Positions 1 to 8,653 of a stretch of 64,000 bases of DNA are shown here, one piece after another. This DNA comes from Vulcanimicrobiota bacterium (lineage in GTDB: Bacteria; Vulcanimicrobiota; Vulcanimicrobiia; Vulcanimicrobiales; Vulcanimicrobiaceae), in contig CAWIMO010000006.1 in NCBI GenBank assembly GCA_963837195.1, positions 526,798 through 590,797 of the forward strand. The letters run 5' to 3'. Each line of letters starts with the position of its first letter. The stretch's first letter is position 1. A program made the translations under genes and the position numbers. The notes beneath the pieces were generated by a model. The model ran no database searches, had not been told where the DNA came from, and worked only from the letters and a program-made list of their open reading frames with translations.

Positions 1-908
1 AAACTTCCGTGGTGTGGCAGCACCGTGCCTTCGCCCAAACGTTCGCCCAAGGCAAACGCTACGCGCTCGCTCATGCGGCGCGTGCCGACGAACACCAGCG
101 TCGTGCGATTGGCGCGGATCAAATCGGCGACGCGATCGTAGACCTCGCCCCACATCTCGGCGCTTGCAACGGGTCCAAGCTCGTCGCGCGGCGCCTCAAC
201 GGCAATCGTCATCTCGCGCCGGCTCCCAACGTCGATCACGTCCGCGTCGGGACTCAAAAACTGCGCCACCGCCTCGAGCGGGCGAACGGTCGCCGATAGT
301 CCGATCCGTTGCGGCTTCGTGCCGCCGGCGTTTTCGACGAGCCGATCCAGACGCGCCAGCGTCAGGGCCAGATGCGACCCGCGCTTGTCTCGCACCATGG
401 CGTGAATCTCGTCGACGATCACCGTCCGCACGTTGGTGAACAGCGCGCGCGACTTCTCGGCCGTAAGCATCATGAAGAGCGACTCCGGCGTGGTGACCAG
501 CACGTGCGGAACCTTTTTGAGCATGCGCTGCCGTTCGGCGGGCGTCGTATCGCCGGTTCGCACGGCGGTGCGGATCTCGGCCAGCGGGAGGCCTTGCTGC
601 TCCGCTGCGGCGACCAGCTCGCCCAGCGGCACTTCGAGATTCTTGCGAACGTCGTTGGTGAGCGCTTTGAGCGGCGAGACGTAGACGACGCGCGTCTCGT
701 CGGCAAGATCGTTGGCTACCGCGCGGCGCACCAGGTCATCCAGACAGAGCGAGAATGCAGCCAGGGTCTTCCCCGAGCCGGTGGGCGCCGAGATCAGCAC
801 GTCGCGTCCGGCACGAATGGCGGGCCAACCCTGGACCTGCGGCTCGGTTGGCTTGCCATAGCGGCTGCCGAACCACTCGCTAACGAGCGGATGGAATCGA
901 TCGATCAT
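1..908 (-). CDS. lhr: SF2 ATP-dependent helicase, Lhr-like, N-terminal part (3' end runs off the window)
   Basis: Absent from the ORF track because it leaves the window. Minus-strand translation from ATG at 908-906: MIDRFHPLVSEWFGSRYGKPTEPQVQGWPAIRAGRDVLISAPTGSGKTLAAF (Walker A), VIVDEIHAM (DEIH box), LSATV. Confidence 0.8.
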   Translation of the reverse strand, partial: MIDRFHPLVSEWFGSRYGKPTEPQVQGWPAIRAGRDVLISAPTGSGKTLAAFSLCLDDLVRRAVANDLADETRVVYVSPLKALTNDVRKNLEVPLGELVAAAEQQGLPLAEIRTAVRTGDTTPAERQRMLKKVPHVLVTTPESLFMMLTAEKSRALFTNVRTVIVDEIHAMVRDKRGSHLALTLARLDRLVENAGGTKPQRIGLSATVRPLEAVAQFLSPDADVIDVGSRREMTIAVEAPRDELGPVASAEMWGEVYDRVADLIRANRTTLVFVGTRRMSERVAFALGERLGEGTVLPHHGS

Positions 909-925
909 TGTAAGGTTGAACACCG

Positions 926-1030
926 TTTTGTCACGCCGAGGTGCGCCCCACCTTGTCATCCTGAGCGTAGGCGCGAAGCGCCCCACCTTGTCATCCCGAG
1001 CGTAGCGGCGAAGCCGCGTAGTCGAGGGAC
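926..1030 (+). repeat. Three tandem units (one degenerate) of the dispersed GTCATCC(C/T)GAGCGTAG...GTCGAGGGAC repeat family
   Basis: ttttgtcacgccgaggtgcgcc / ccttgtcatcctgagcgtaggcgcgaagcgcc / ccttgtcatcccgagcgtagcggcgaagccgcgtagtcgagggac read directly. Confidence 0.85.
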
Positions 1031-1079
1031 CGCCGTCACACCTTGCTGCGAGACTCCAAATGCGTGAAGGAACGACGGT

Positions 1080-1153
1080 GGGGAGTTTCGATGGTGTCGA
1101 CGCACAGTCCGATACACTGGCGCGCCGCGAGTTCGATTCTCGCACTCTCCACC
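1080..1153 (+). ncRNA. tRNA-like element (possible degenerate tRNA or tmRNA-TLD-like remnant)
   Basis: 7-bp acceptor GGGGAGT/ACTCTCC with G3:U70, canonical T-arm GCGAG-TTCGATT-CTCGC, discriminator A then CC. D-arm is only 3 bp/5 nt. The anticodon-like stem CAGT/ACTG has loop CCGATAC with C at position 33. Confidence 0.35.
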
Positions 1154-1214
1154 CGCGACGATTGTTGCGTGGCCGAGAAAACGGTGATACGCTGCTATTG
1201 TATCGGGCTGTGCG

Positions 1215-1409
1215 TCACCGGGGCCGTTCTATGAACGGCCCTCGGCATTTGCCATCCCAAGCGTAGCCGCGACTGTAGCGCTTTAACGATTCCCAGTCGC
1301 CGTCCACGAAGGCGCGGTTCTTGCGATGTGACCACGATTTGATCTTCTTCTCCGCGGCAATCGCTTGATCGACCCAATGAAATTCGGACACGTGAACGAA
1401 CTGCGCCAC
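1215..1409 (-). pseudogene. GIY-YIG (COG2827-type) nuclease fragment, C-terminal half only
   Basis: VHVSEFHWVDQAIAAEKKIKSWSHRKNRAFVDGDWESLKRY matches the C-terminal helix region of small GIY-YIG proteins. The GIY/YIG N-terminal half is missing, and the upstream space is occupied by the next gene. Confidence 0.5.
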
Positions 1410-1435
1410 AGCGATGCCTCAGCTAGCGTCCGTTG

Positions 1436-2467
1436 TCACAGCCCCGGACCCTTGCGGGTGAGAGTCGCCACAAACACAGGCCGCCAGGTCGTGCCGCCGT
1501 CGAGCGAATAAGCGATCTCAAAGTGGTGCGCGTTCGGCGTAATCGCCGACCAGTCGTCGCGCATGAGGACCGCCTTCCCATCAAACGTGTCGGGACCGAT
1601 CAACTCGCCACGCCCATTGCGAAAGCCGCCGATGTACGGTGTGTTAAACGCTCCGTCGCTACTGTCGGCATACGTCTGGCTCCACTGATGCGATTGCGGA
1701 TCGTAGAGGAAGAGCGTGAGTCCGGTGAACGCCGTCTTGCCGCTGCCGGCGGTAATCTCTTCCAGAAACGCGCGGCCGTTCCAGATCTTTCGCCAGGTGA
1801 CCGTCCCGGTGAGATCGACCCACGACGCCCCGCGCAACGAGCGGATATGCGTGGTCCACGTACCGTAGCTGAAATCGAAGTCGTGCGAGGTATCCGCAAC
1901 GGAGTTCGAACCTTCGGACGGCGCATCGGCACGCGTGCGCGTCGCCTTTGCAACGAAATTCGGCTCCCAGCTTACGCCGCCATCGTCGGAAAAAGCTTGC
2001 TCGAACCGGTACGAGCCGGCCGTGATATGTGAGAAGACCCAGCGCACCGTAATCGTGCGCCCGTTGAAAACTTCACGGTCGTAGAACCGCCCCACGCCGC
2101 CGGAAAACGACCCGTACATCGGTGCGCCCAACGTGCCGGCGGCGCTGTTCGCGCCGGTGATCGCCCATTGGTGGGATACCGGGTTATAGGTTCTCACGTG
2201 GAGCAACTCGATGTGGGACGGTCCGTCGACTTCAGCCGCGCTCGCTCGTCCATCCCACACTTTGCGCACCGTTTCGGTACCGTCGTAGGTCACCCACTGC
2301 GTTAAATGGGTAAGCGGGTGTTCCAAGCGTTGGCCGTGCACGTGCCACGTGCCGAAATTAAAGTCGAAGTCGTGCTGTCCGTCGCGCGCTTGCGCGAATC
2401 CGCCAAGCGGGGTGGCCGCGAGGCATGCAACGAGGGCGCCGGCGATGAGACGAGAGTGTGCGCGCAT
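1436..2467 (-). CDS. Secreted protein with two internally duplicated ~150-aa domains (HDFDFxFGTW... repeat)
   Basis: Signal peptide MRAHSRLIAGALVACLAATPLGGFAQA. GQHDFDFNFGTWHVH at the N-terminus recurs as SHDFDFSYGTWTTH mid-protein. Confidence 0.7.
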   Translation of the reverse strand: MRAHSRLIAGALVACLAATPLGGFAQARDGQHDFDFNFGTWHVHGQRLEHPLTHLTQWVTYDGTETVRKVWDGRASAAEVDGPSHIELLHVRTYNPVSHQWAITGANSAAGTLGAPMYGSFSGGVGRFYDREVFNGRTITVRWVFSHITAGSYRFEQAFSDDGGVSWEPNFVAKATRTRADAPSEGSNSVADTSHDFDFSYGTWTTHIRSLRGASWVDLTGTVTWRKIWNGRAFLEEITAGSGKTAFTGLTLFLYDPQSHQWSQTYADSSDGAFNTPYIGGFRNGRGELIGPDTFDGKAVLMRDDWSAITPNAHHFEIAYSLDGGTTWRPVFVATLTRKGPGL

Positions 2468-2519
2468 TGCGCGATGGTATCGAATGCAGCGTCAGCCGGC
2501 AATCCGCACTCCGAGGTAA

Positions 2520-2858
2520 CTATTCGCCGAAGCGTGCGATGTGAGCACGGCCAAACGCCTTGGCCGCGTCGATGAGCGGCAATATCGTATGCCCGTACTC
2601 GGTGAGCGAGTACATCACGCGCGCCGGAGCCGGACCCGTTTCCTCGCGAACGATGATGTCGTCGGCGATCAGCTCGGCGAGCTGTTCGGTCAACACCTTG
2701 CGCGAGACGTCCGGTAGAAACTGCTGGATCCCCGCGAAGTGGTATGGGCGTTCGGCAAGTGAGTAGATGATGATCATCTTCCACTTCCCGCCGACGGCCG
2801 CAAGCGCCGCGGTTAGCGGGCAGTTACTGACCGGGTTGGCTCTGCGCGCAGCAAACAT
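2520..2858 (-). CDS. HxlR-family winged-helix transcriptional regulator
   Basis: CPLTAALAAVGGKWKMIIIYSL...RFAGIQQFLPDVSRKVLTEQLAELIADDII...YSLTEYG is the HxlR signature. Confidence 0.85.
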   Translation of the reverse strand: MFAARRANPVSNCPLTAALAAVGGKWKMIIIYSLAERPYHFAGIQQFLPDVSRKVLTEQLAELIADDIIVREETGPAPARVMYSLTEYGHTILPLIDAAKAFGRAHIARFGE

Positions 2859-2866
2859 CGGTTCGC

Positions 2867-3055
2867 TTAGTGATCGACGAACTTCGAGACTTCGCCCAGC
2901 GTGGGGTCGAGGCGCACCGCCTCGAGCGCATACTTACGCGTTTCGTGCCCGCCGGGCACCTCGACCCGCACCACGACTTCGTGCGGATGCACTTCTTTGA
3001 CGGTCCCCTCTTCTTGGGTGCCGTCGATGTAGACGTGATCGCCAGGTTTAAACAT
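2867..3055 (-). CDS. Small hypothetical protein (62 aa)
   Basis: ORF with normal composition: MFKPGDHVYIDGTQEEGTVKEVHPHEVVVRVEV... Confidence 0.5.
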   Translation of the reverse strand: MFKPGDHVYIDGTQEEGTVKEVHPHEVVVRVEVPGGHETRKYALEAVRLDPTLGEVSKFVDH

Positions 3056-3093
3056 AACGGGTCTCCACTTCGCCCCCTCGAAGACGGGCGCCT

Positions 3094-4107
3094 ATGATCA
3101 TCGCAACCGCGCAGCCCCCTACTGTCGCCAGTATCGTCACGCGTGCCGTGCAGCCGCTGATGCAGCGCTACGGGATTCCCGGCATGGCCGTCGGGATCGT
3201 GGTGAACGGACCCACGTACGTTCTCACGTACGGCGTCGGGTCGAGGGCAACGAAACAGCCGATCAACGCGGCGACGCTCTTCGAGATCGGCTCGGTGTCG
3301 AAAACGTTCACCGCGACCCTCGCGTCGTACGCGCAGCTCACCGGCAAACTCTCGTTCGCCGATACGGCAAGCACCGATCTTCCAGTCCTACGCGGCAGCA
3401 GCTTCGATCGCGTGAGCCTGCTAAATCTCGGCACGTACACGGCAGGCGGCTTGCCGCTACAGGTGCCCGACGACATCACCAACGACGCACAGCTCATGTC
3501 GTATCTGCAACATTGGAAACCACCGTATCCACCCGGAACGTATCGGCTCTACTCCAACGTGAGCATCGGATTGCTCGGCTTCATCGCCGCTGCACGCGTG
3601 CACGAAGATTTCGTTCCGCTAATGCAGAGTACGCTCTTGCAGCCGCTGGGTCTGCGGCACACGTATCTCAACGTCCCAAATGCGCAGATGTCAAACTACG
3701 CGCAAGGCTACACATCAAAGGATACGCCGATCCGGATGGTGCCGGGTGAGCTTGCCGCAGAAACCTACGGCGTGCGGATAACGGCCGGCGATTTGTTGCG
3801 TTGGCTCCAAGCAAACCTCGGGATGCTCCCGCTCGACCCAACGCTGCAGCGCGCACTCATCAACACCCACACCGGTTATTATCGAAGTGGACCGATAACG
3901 CAGGATTTGATTTGGGAGCAGTATCTATATCCGGTCACGCTCGCGCAACTCGAGCAAGGTAACGCCACGACGATGCTCCTCGACGCCCTTCCCGCTATCG
4001 CAATCGACCCGCCGCAACCGCCGCACGACGACGTGCTGCTCGCCAACAAAAGTTATCCGATCCCGGCCCGCATCGCCACCGCCTACCAAATCCTGACCAA
4101 TCTATAA
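3094..4107 (+). CDS. Class C (AmpC-lineage) beta-lactamase homologue lacking signal peptide and KTG box
   Basis: SVSK (SxSK), YSN (YxN), TYTAGGLPLQVPD and LANKSYPIPARIATAYQILTNL align to E. coli AmpC from memory. About 27 aa spanning WVHKTG...GIVM are absent, and the ORF starts at the mature N-terminus. Confidence 0.8.
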   Translation: MIIATAQPPTVASIVTRAVQPLMQRYGIPGMAVGIVVNGPTYVLTYGVGSRATKQPINAATLFEIGSVSKTFTATLASYAQLTGKLSFADTASTDLPVLRGSSFDRVSLLNLGTYTAGGLPLQVPDDITNDAQLMSYLQHWKPPYPPGTYRLYSNVSIGLLGFIAAARVHEDFVPLMQSTLLQPLGLRHTYLNVPNAQMSNYAQGYTSKDTPIRMVPGELAAETYGVRITAGDLLRWLQANLGMLPLDPTLQRALINTHTGYYRSGPITQDLIWEQYLYPVTLAQLEQGNATTMLLDALPAIAIDPPQPPHDDVLLANKSYPIPARIATAYQILTNL

Positions 4108-4178
4108 CCTGTCATCCTGAGCGTAGCGGTTCTCTTGTCATCCTGAGCGTAGGCGCGAAGCGCCGTAGTCGAAGGGCC
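4108..4178 (+). repeat. Two units of the dispersed repeat family
   Basis: cctgtcatcctgagcgtagcgg + cttgtcatcctgagcgtaggcgcgaagcgccgtagtcgaagggcc. Confidence 0.85.
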
Positions 4179-4206
4179 GCCACAATTTGTCGCCACGAGG
4201 AGCTCT

Positions 4207-4416
4207 ATGCACCGTTTTCTTCTGACGCAGAAAAACGCAGCGCAACCGCCGAGCCCCACGCCTGCGATGCCCGAACCGGCCCTGATTATCCGCGTCGAGG
4301 GCACGTCGGCCATCGTCACCTCGGATTTCGGCGGCCAGCGCTCCGTTGACGTCTTCTACTATGCCGCCGGCCACTGGCACGCGTGGTACTCGCAGCACAC
4401 CGCGATCAGCAACTAA
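4207..4416 (+). CDS. Small hypothetical protein (69 aa)
   Basis: ORF only; plausible composition. Confidence 0.4.
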   Translation: MHRFLLTQKNAAQPPSPTPAMPEPALIIRVEGTSAIVTSDFGGQRSVDVFYYAAGHWHAWYSQHTAISN

Positions 4417-4430
4417 GCGAACCAAAATGA

Positions 4431-4766
4431 TTGACGCGTTCGTTACATCTAGTGATGTGGAGCGAGCCGCTAATTATCACGCTTTCTGGGGAATACGACC
4501 TCGCGCGGCGTGAGGAGCTCCGCAAGCAACTGCAGGCCGCCTTTGACGCCGAATCTGTTATCTTCGACCTAACCCAGGTCACCTATATCGATTCGAGTTC
4601 GCTCGAAACGTTCGTACAGATACGCCGCTCGCGGCGTGCGCGCAGCCTAGCCCTCTGCCACTTCGTGGTGAAGGACGGTCTCGTGCGTAAGGTCTTCCAG
4701 GTGACCGGATTCGACCAGCTCTGGCCGATCGACGATTCGGTCGACGAAGCTATCAGCTGTCCTTGA
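4431..4766 (+). CDS. STAS-domain anti-sigma-factor antagonist (SpoIIAA/RsbV-like)
   Basis: LSGEYDLARREELRKQL...VIFDLTQVTYIDSSSLETFV...VFQVTGFDQLWPI. The TTG at 4431 may not be the true start; GTG/ATG lie about 24 nt downstream. Confidence 0.8.
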   Translation: MTRSLHLVMWSEPLIITLSGEYDLARREELRKQLQAAFDAESVIFDLTQVTYIDSSSLETFVQIRRSRRARSLALCHFVVKDGLVRKVFQVTGFDQLWPIDDSVDEAISCP

Positions 4767-4808
4767 CAGCCCCGCGCGTCCTGGACAAGCGCGGTATATC
4801 GTCATGGC

Positions 4809-6053
4809 ATGACCTCCGACGCGAAGCCGCTGGCCGAACCGCGGCTCGACCGCACGCCTGCGCTCGTGCGTCCCGGCTTCGTCGCCGGTGCCTCGGCCAA
4901 CGATCCCACCACGGTGGGAAGCCTCGCGGCTGTCGGCGCGACGACAGTCTACGGTCTCGCCTGGCTCGTCGTTGCGATTTTGCCGATGCTCGCGGTGACC
5001 CAGATGATCGCGGCATCCGTCGGTGCCGCCACCCGCACCAGCGTGCAGGGCGCGATCGTGCGCCGCTACGGCATCACTGCCGGACTGCTCTCGCTCGCCG
5101 CAATCGTCGCAGTCAACCTTATGACGCTCGTTGCCGACATCGAGGCCGGGTGTCAGGCCCTCTCGCTGCTCGTCGGCCTTCCGTATCAATGGTTCTTGCT
5201 GCCGTTCGCCGCGGCGATCGCCTACCTGCTGCTCACCCATTCGTACGGGCGCATCGCGACCTGGTTGATGTTGGTGCCGATTCTCTTTGTTGCATACGCC
5301 GCCAGCGCTGCGCTCGCGCACGTCGATTGGCTCGACGTAGCGCGTCATACGTTCGTTCCGCATTTTGAATTCTCGGGCGTATATCTGATCGGCGCGTTGG
5401 CGCTCATCGGCACGACGATCACCAGCTACGAGTACGTGTGGGAGTCGATCGAGGTCGCGCAGTCGCGGCGGGGGCCCTCTCGCTTAGGTGCGCTCAAGCT
5501 CGACGCAGTGCTCGGCGTCCTGGCGGCCGGCGCCGGCTTCCTGTTTGTTCTCGTCGCTTCCGGCGCGACGCTCGGCGTGCACCATCTTCCGATCGAGACC
5601 GTCGACGACGCCGCCCGCGCGCTCACCCCGCTCGCCGGCCCCGCCGCGGGCGCACTGTTCGGCATCGGCCTCTTCGCGTCAGCGGTGTTGACCGTGCCGA
5701 TCCTAGCCGCTTCGACCGCGTATGCCGTCGCGCACACGTTCGGAAGCAATGCATCGCTCGACGCAGACGTGCGCGACGCCAAGCCGTTTTATGCAATCAT
5801 TCTCGGCGCGCTCTTGGTGGGCGCGGGTGTCGCGCTGCTTGGGCTTCCGCCGATCCGCCTGCTGGTCTGGGCTTCGATCGCGGGCGGACTCGGCACGCCG
5901 ATCACGCTCGTGCTCATGAATTGCGTCGCGCGCAGCCGCCGAACGATGGGCGACTTTCGTATCGGCCTGCCGCTCTCGATCGCCGGCTGGACGGTGACCG
6001 CGCTGATCGTGCTCGCGTGCGCCGCGTTCCTCTTGATCGAAACACAAGCTTAA
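4809..6053 (+). CDS. NRAMP-family divalent metal cation transporter
   Basis: GASANDPTTVGSLAAVGATTVYGLAWLVVAILPMLAVTQ and a polytopic hydrophobic profile. Confidence 0.7.
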   Translation: MTSDAKPLAEPRLDRTPALVRPGFVAGASANDPTTVGSLAAVGATTVYGLAWLVVAILPMLAVTQMIAASVGAATRTSVQGAIVRRYGITAGLLSLAAIVAVNLMTLVADIEAGCQALSLLVGLPYQWFLLPFAAAIAYLLLTHSYGRIATWLMLVPILFVAYAASAALAHVDWLDVARHTFVPHFEFSGVYLIGALALIGTTITSYEYVWESIEVAQSRRGPSRLGALKLDAVLGVLAAGAGFLFVLVASGATLGVHHLPIETVDDAARALTPLAGPAAGALFGIGLFASAVLTVPILAASTAYAVAHTFGSNASLDADVRDAKPFYAIILGALLVGAGVALLGLPPIRLLVWASIAGGLGTPITLVLMNCVARSRRTMGDFRIGLPLSIAGWTVTALIVLACAAFLLIETQA

Positions 6054-6128
6054 CCACCCGTCCCTTGTTTCTAATGCGGCCAACTCGGGAAAAATACCGA
6101 TAATAATAATGGAACGAGGTGATCCGGG

Positions 6129-6473
6129 ATGGCTCTGTTTAGAGCAGTCGCGCTGCTTCTTTTGCTCAACGGACTTTCGACTGCGCAAACGTTCGCGCAA
6201 ACGGTACCCGTATGGCAAACTCCGGCCGACTCGATCGCCATTCTGACCACCGGCGGCAACCAAGATTTCAGCTATGCGCTGGTTCGCGACAGTTCCATGA
6301 AAAACCACAATACGTACTGCATCACCGTCGGCGCGCACATCGGCAAACTGCGCGTCGTTTCGATCGGGCCGCGCGGTGTGGTGCTCTCCAACGGCCGCGT
6401 CCTGAAAAATACCGCCGCTAGCGCACAGCCGGCCACGCTCGTCGGCGCCGCGGAGGCGCCGCCCCGCCCCTGA
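6129..6473 (+). CDS. Secreted hypothetical protein
   Basis: Signal peptide [24 protein letters not shown]; AT-rich promoter-like region and GAGGTG upstream. Confidence 0.5.
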   Translation: MALFRAVALLLLLNGLSTAQTFAQTVPVWQTPADSIAILTTGGNQDFSYALVRDSSMKNHNTYCITVGAHIGKLRVVSIGPRGVVLSNGRVLKNTAASAQPATLVGAAEAPPRP

Positions 6474-6487
6474 CGTATAACCGGGGA

Positions 6488-7603
6488 ATGAGCAGCGTAC
6501 GCGTCTTGGTCGGCACGCGCAAAGGTGCGTTCATTCTCGACTCCGACGGCACGCGCAAAACCTGGCGCGTGAGCGGCCCGCACTTTGCCGGGTGGGAGAT
6601 CTACCACGTCAAGGCGTCGCCGGTTGATCCCCAGCGCATCTACGCCTCGCAGAACACCAGCTGGCACGGCCAGGTCATGCAGCGTTCGGACGACAGCGGC
6701 GCAACCTGGGAGCCCGTCGGCAATGGGTTTACGTACGACGGCGTGCCCGGCACACATCAATGGTACGACGGCACGCCGCACCCATGGGAATTCGCGCGCG
6801 TCTGGCACATCGAGCCCTCGCTGACCGATCGCGAGACCGTCTATGCGGGCGTCGAAGACGCAGCGCTCTTTCGTTCGACCGACGGCGGCCAAAGTTGGAA
6901 CGAACTCTCCGGTTTGCGCACGCACACGTCGGGCTCGTCGTGGCAACCCGGCGCGGGCGGCATGTGCCTGCACACGATTCTGCTGGATCCGAGTAATCCG
7001 CAGCGCATCTTCACCGCAATCTCCGCGGCCGGCGCATTCCGCAGCGATGACGCCGGTGCGAGCTGGCAGCCGATCAACCGCGGGCTGCGCTCCGCCCAAC
7101 TCCCGGATCAAGACGCCGAAGTCGGTCACTGCGTGCATCGCATCGCCCTTCATCCCTCGCGCCCCAACGTGCTCTTCATGCAAAAGCACTGGGATGTGAT
7201 GCGCAGCGACGATGCGGGAGATATGTGGCGCGAAGTCAGCGGGAATCTGCCGACTGATTTCGGTTTTCCGATCGACGTGCATGCCCACGAACCCGATACG
7301 ATTTACGTCGTGCCGATCAAGAGTGATTCCGAACATTTCCCACTCGACGGACAGTTGCGAGTCTATCGCAGCCGCACCGGCGGCGACGAGTGGGAAGCCC
7401 TTACCAACGGTCTGCCGCAGCGCGATTGCTACGTGAACGTGCTGCGTGATGCAATGGCGGTCGATCGGCTTGACAGCTGCGGCATTTACTTCGGCACAAC
7501 CGGCGGCCAGGTGTACGTCTCGCCCGACGGCGGCGACTCGTGGAACACGATCGTGCGCGATCTGCCGGCGGTACTCTCGGTCGAAGTCCAAACACTGCCG
7601 TGA
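6488..7603 (+). CDS. BNR/Asp-box repeat beta-propeller protein (sialidase-like fold)
   Basis: Six SxDxGxTW-type boxes: [54 protein letters not shown]. Confidence 0.8.
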   Translation: MSSVRVLVGTRKGAFILDSDGTRKTWRVSGPHFAGWEIYHVKASPVDPQRIYASQNTSWHGQVMQRSDDSGATWEPVGNGFTYDGVPGTHQWYDGTPHPWEFARVWHIEPSLTDRETVYAGVEDAALFRSTDGGQSWNELSGLRTHTSGSSWQPGAGGMCLHTILLDPSNPQRIFTAISAAGAFRSDDAGASWQPINRGLRSAQLPDQDAEVGHCVHRIALHPSRPNVLFMQKHWDVMRSDDAGDMWREVSGNLPTDFGFPIDVHAHEPDTIYVVPIKSDSEHFPLDGQLRVYRSRTGGDEWEALTNGLPQRDCYVNVLRDAMAVDRLDSCGIYFGTTGGQVYVSPDGGDSWNTIVRDLPAVLSVEVQTLP

Positions 7604-7896
7604 TCCGCGTCGTCTTGCCCGCGCACCTCAAGTCGCTGGCACGGGTGAACGACGAAGTCCACCTCGACCTCGACGAAGCGGCGACGCTGGGTGCCGTGCT
7701 CTCGGCGGTCGAAGCGCGCTATCCGATGCTGCTCGGTACGATCCGCGATCGCGCCACCCACCAACGCCGGCCGTACATCCGTTTCTTTGCGTGCGAACGC
7801 GATCTCTCGCACGACGCACCCGATTCGCCGCTGCCCGAACCGGTGACGCACGGCGCCGAGCCGTTGCTCATCGTCGGCGCTATGTCCGGCGGCTAA
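7600..7896 (+). CDS. MoaD/ThiS-like ubiquitin-fold protein ending in Gly-Gly
   Basis: The GTG at 7600 overlaps the upstream TGA (GTGA). [44 protein letters not shown]...[10 protein letters not shown]. Confidence 0.7.
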   Translation: MIRVVLPAHLKSLARVNDEVHLDLDEAATLGAVLSAVEARYPMLLGTIRDRATHQRRPYIRFFACERDLSHDAPDSPLPEPVTHGAEPLLIVGAMSGG

Positions 7897-7930
7897 GCCG
7901 GACCACATAAAGGAAAACGGCGGCAAATAC

Positions 7931-8203
7931 GTGTCTCAGATTGCGCCCGAGGAATTCTACGCGCTGCCGCTACGAGTCCACACGTTCCTCGCAGACGTTC
8001 CGTTGCATGACGCGTGGGCAGTGGATCTGCCGCGCCCTGCCAAGCGTGTAACCTTGGCCGAATTCAATCCGTTCGGGAATCAGCATCGCGTGGTCACCCG
8101 GCTCCCTGCACCCGCGCGTGCGCTCTTCGATCTGCGGCTCCTTCTCGGTCGCATTTTCCGTCTCGAAGCCGAACCGCGGGCAAACGCCTGTTCTAGCGCC
8201 TAA
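7931..8203 (+). CDS. Hypothetical protein, possibly a truncated DUF2867-like N-terminal fragment
   Basis: FLADVPLHDAWAV...LFDLRLLLGRIF resembles N-terminal halves of longer proteins; only 90 aa here. Confidence 0.35.
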   Translation: MSQIAPEEFYALPLRVHTFLADVPLHDAWAVDLPRPAKRVTLAEFNPFGNQHRVVTRLPAPARALFDLRLLLGRIFRLEAEPRANACSSA

Positions 8204-8213
8204 AGCTAATCTC

Positions 8214-8222
8214 TGCTATAAT
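8214..8222 (+). promoter_or_regulatory. Extended -10 promoter element TGCTATAAT, 8 nt upstream of the antitoxin ATG (near-leaderless)
   Basis: ctgcTATAATgagcgtgtATG read directly; no SD. Confidence 0.45.
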
Positions 8223-8230
8223 GAGCGTGT

Positions 8231-8653
8231 ATGTCTACCCTGGCCCTGGCACCGACGGCCATCGATTTTGCCCGCTCGCCGGCGAAGCTCAAGGCGCTCT
8301 CGCCCACGGCGATTCGGGCGTTTAAGGATATCGCGGCGCACTGGAAGCTCGCTCCCATCGAGCAGCGCATACTACTCGGGGTGCTGCCGCAGTCGACCTA
8401 CACCAAGTACATGCGCGATCCCGACGCGGCGCTGCTCTCCTACGACGCGCTGCAGCGCATTTCGATGCTGCTCGGCATCTTCAAGGCGATCAACGTCCTT
8501 CTGCCCGACGCGCAGCTCGCCGACGCCTGGATCAACCAGCCCAACGCGTATCCGCTCTTCAAAGGAAAGAGCGCGAAAGAACTGTTGCTGGACGGCTCGT
8601 TCGAGAGCCTGACCGCCGTGCGCGCCTACCTCGACACCGAACGCGGATGGTAG
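8231..8653 (+). CDS. Xre/MbcA/ParS-type antitoxin (DUF2384 toxin-binding domain)
   Basis: LSYDALQRISMLLGIFKAINVLLPDAQLADAWINQPNAYPLFKGKSAKELLLDG; overlaps the downstream RES gene (ATGG). Confidence 0.75.
   Translation: MSTLALAPTAIDFARSPAKLKALSPTAIRAFKDIAAHWKLAPIEQRILLGVLPQSTYTKYMRDPDAALLSYDALQRISMLLGIFKAINVLLPDAQLADAWINQPNAYPLFKGKSAKELLLDGSFESLTAVRAYLDTERGW

Noticed and set aside
909-935. LexA half-site (GAACACCGTTTT) upstream of lhr
   Set aside because: Only one GAAC arm is present and the second arm does not match GTTC at N4 spacing on either strand.
926-1030. Possible CRISPR array, because of tandem repeat units (also at 4108, 27838 and 28478)
   Set aside because: Only 2-3 units occur, with spacers of 0-10 nt. 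The same unit is dispersed singly across the window and no cas genes are present. It behaves as a REP/MITE-like element, not a CRISPR.
1080-1153. Full tmRNA (ssrA) gene
   Set aside because: Only about 74 nt separate the 5' and 3' acceptor strands. There is no tag reading frame and no pseudoknots, and the order is not that of permuted two-piece tmRNA genes. It is kept only as a tRNA-like element of uncertain status.
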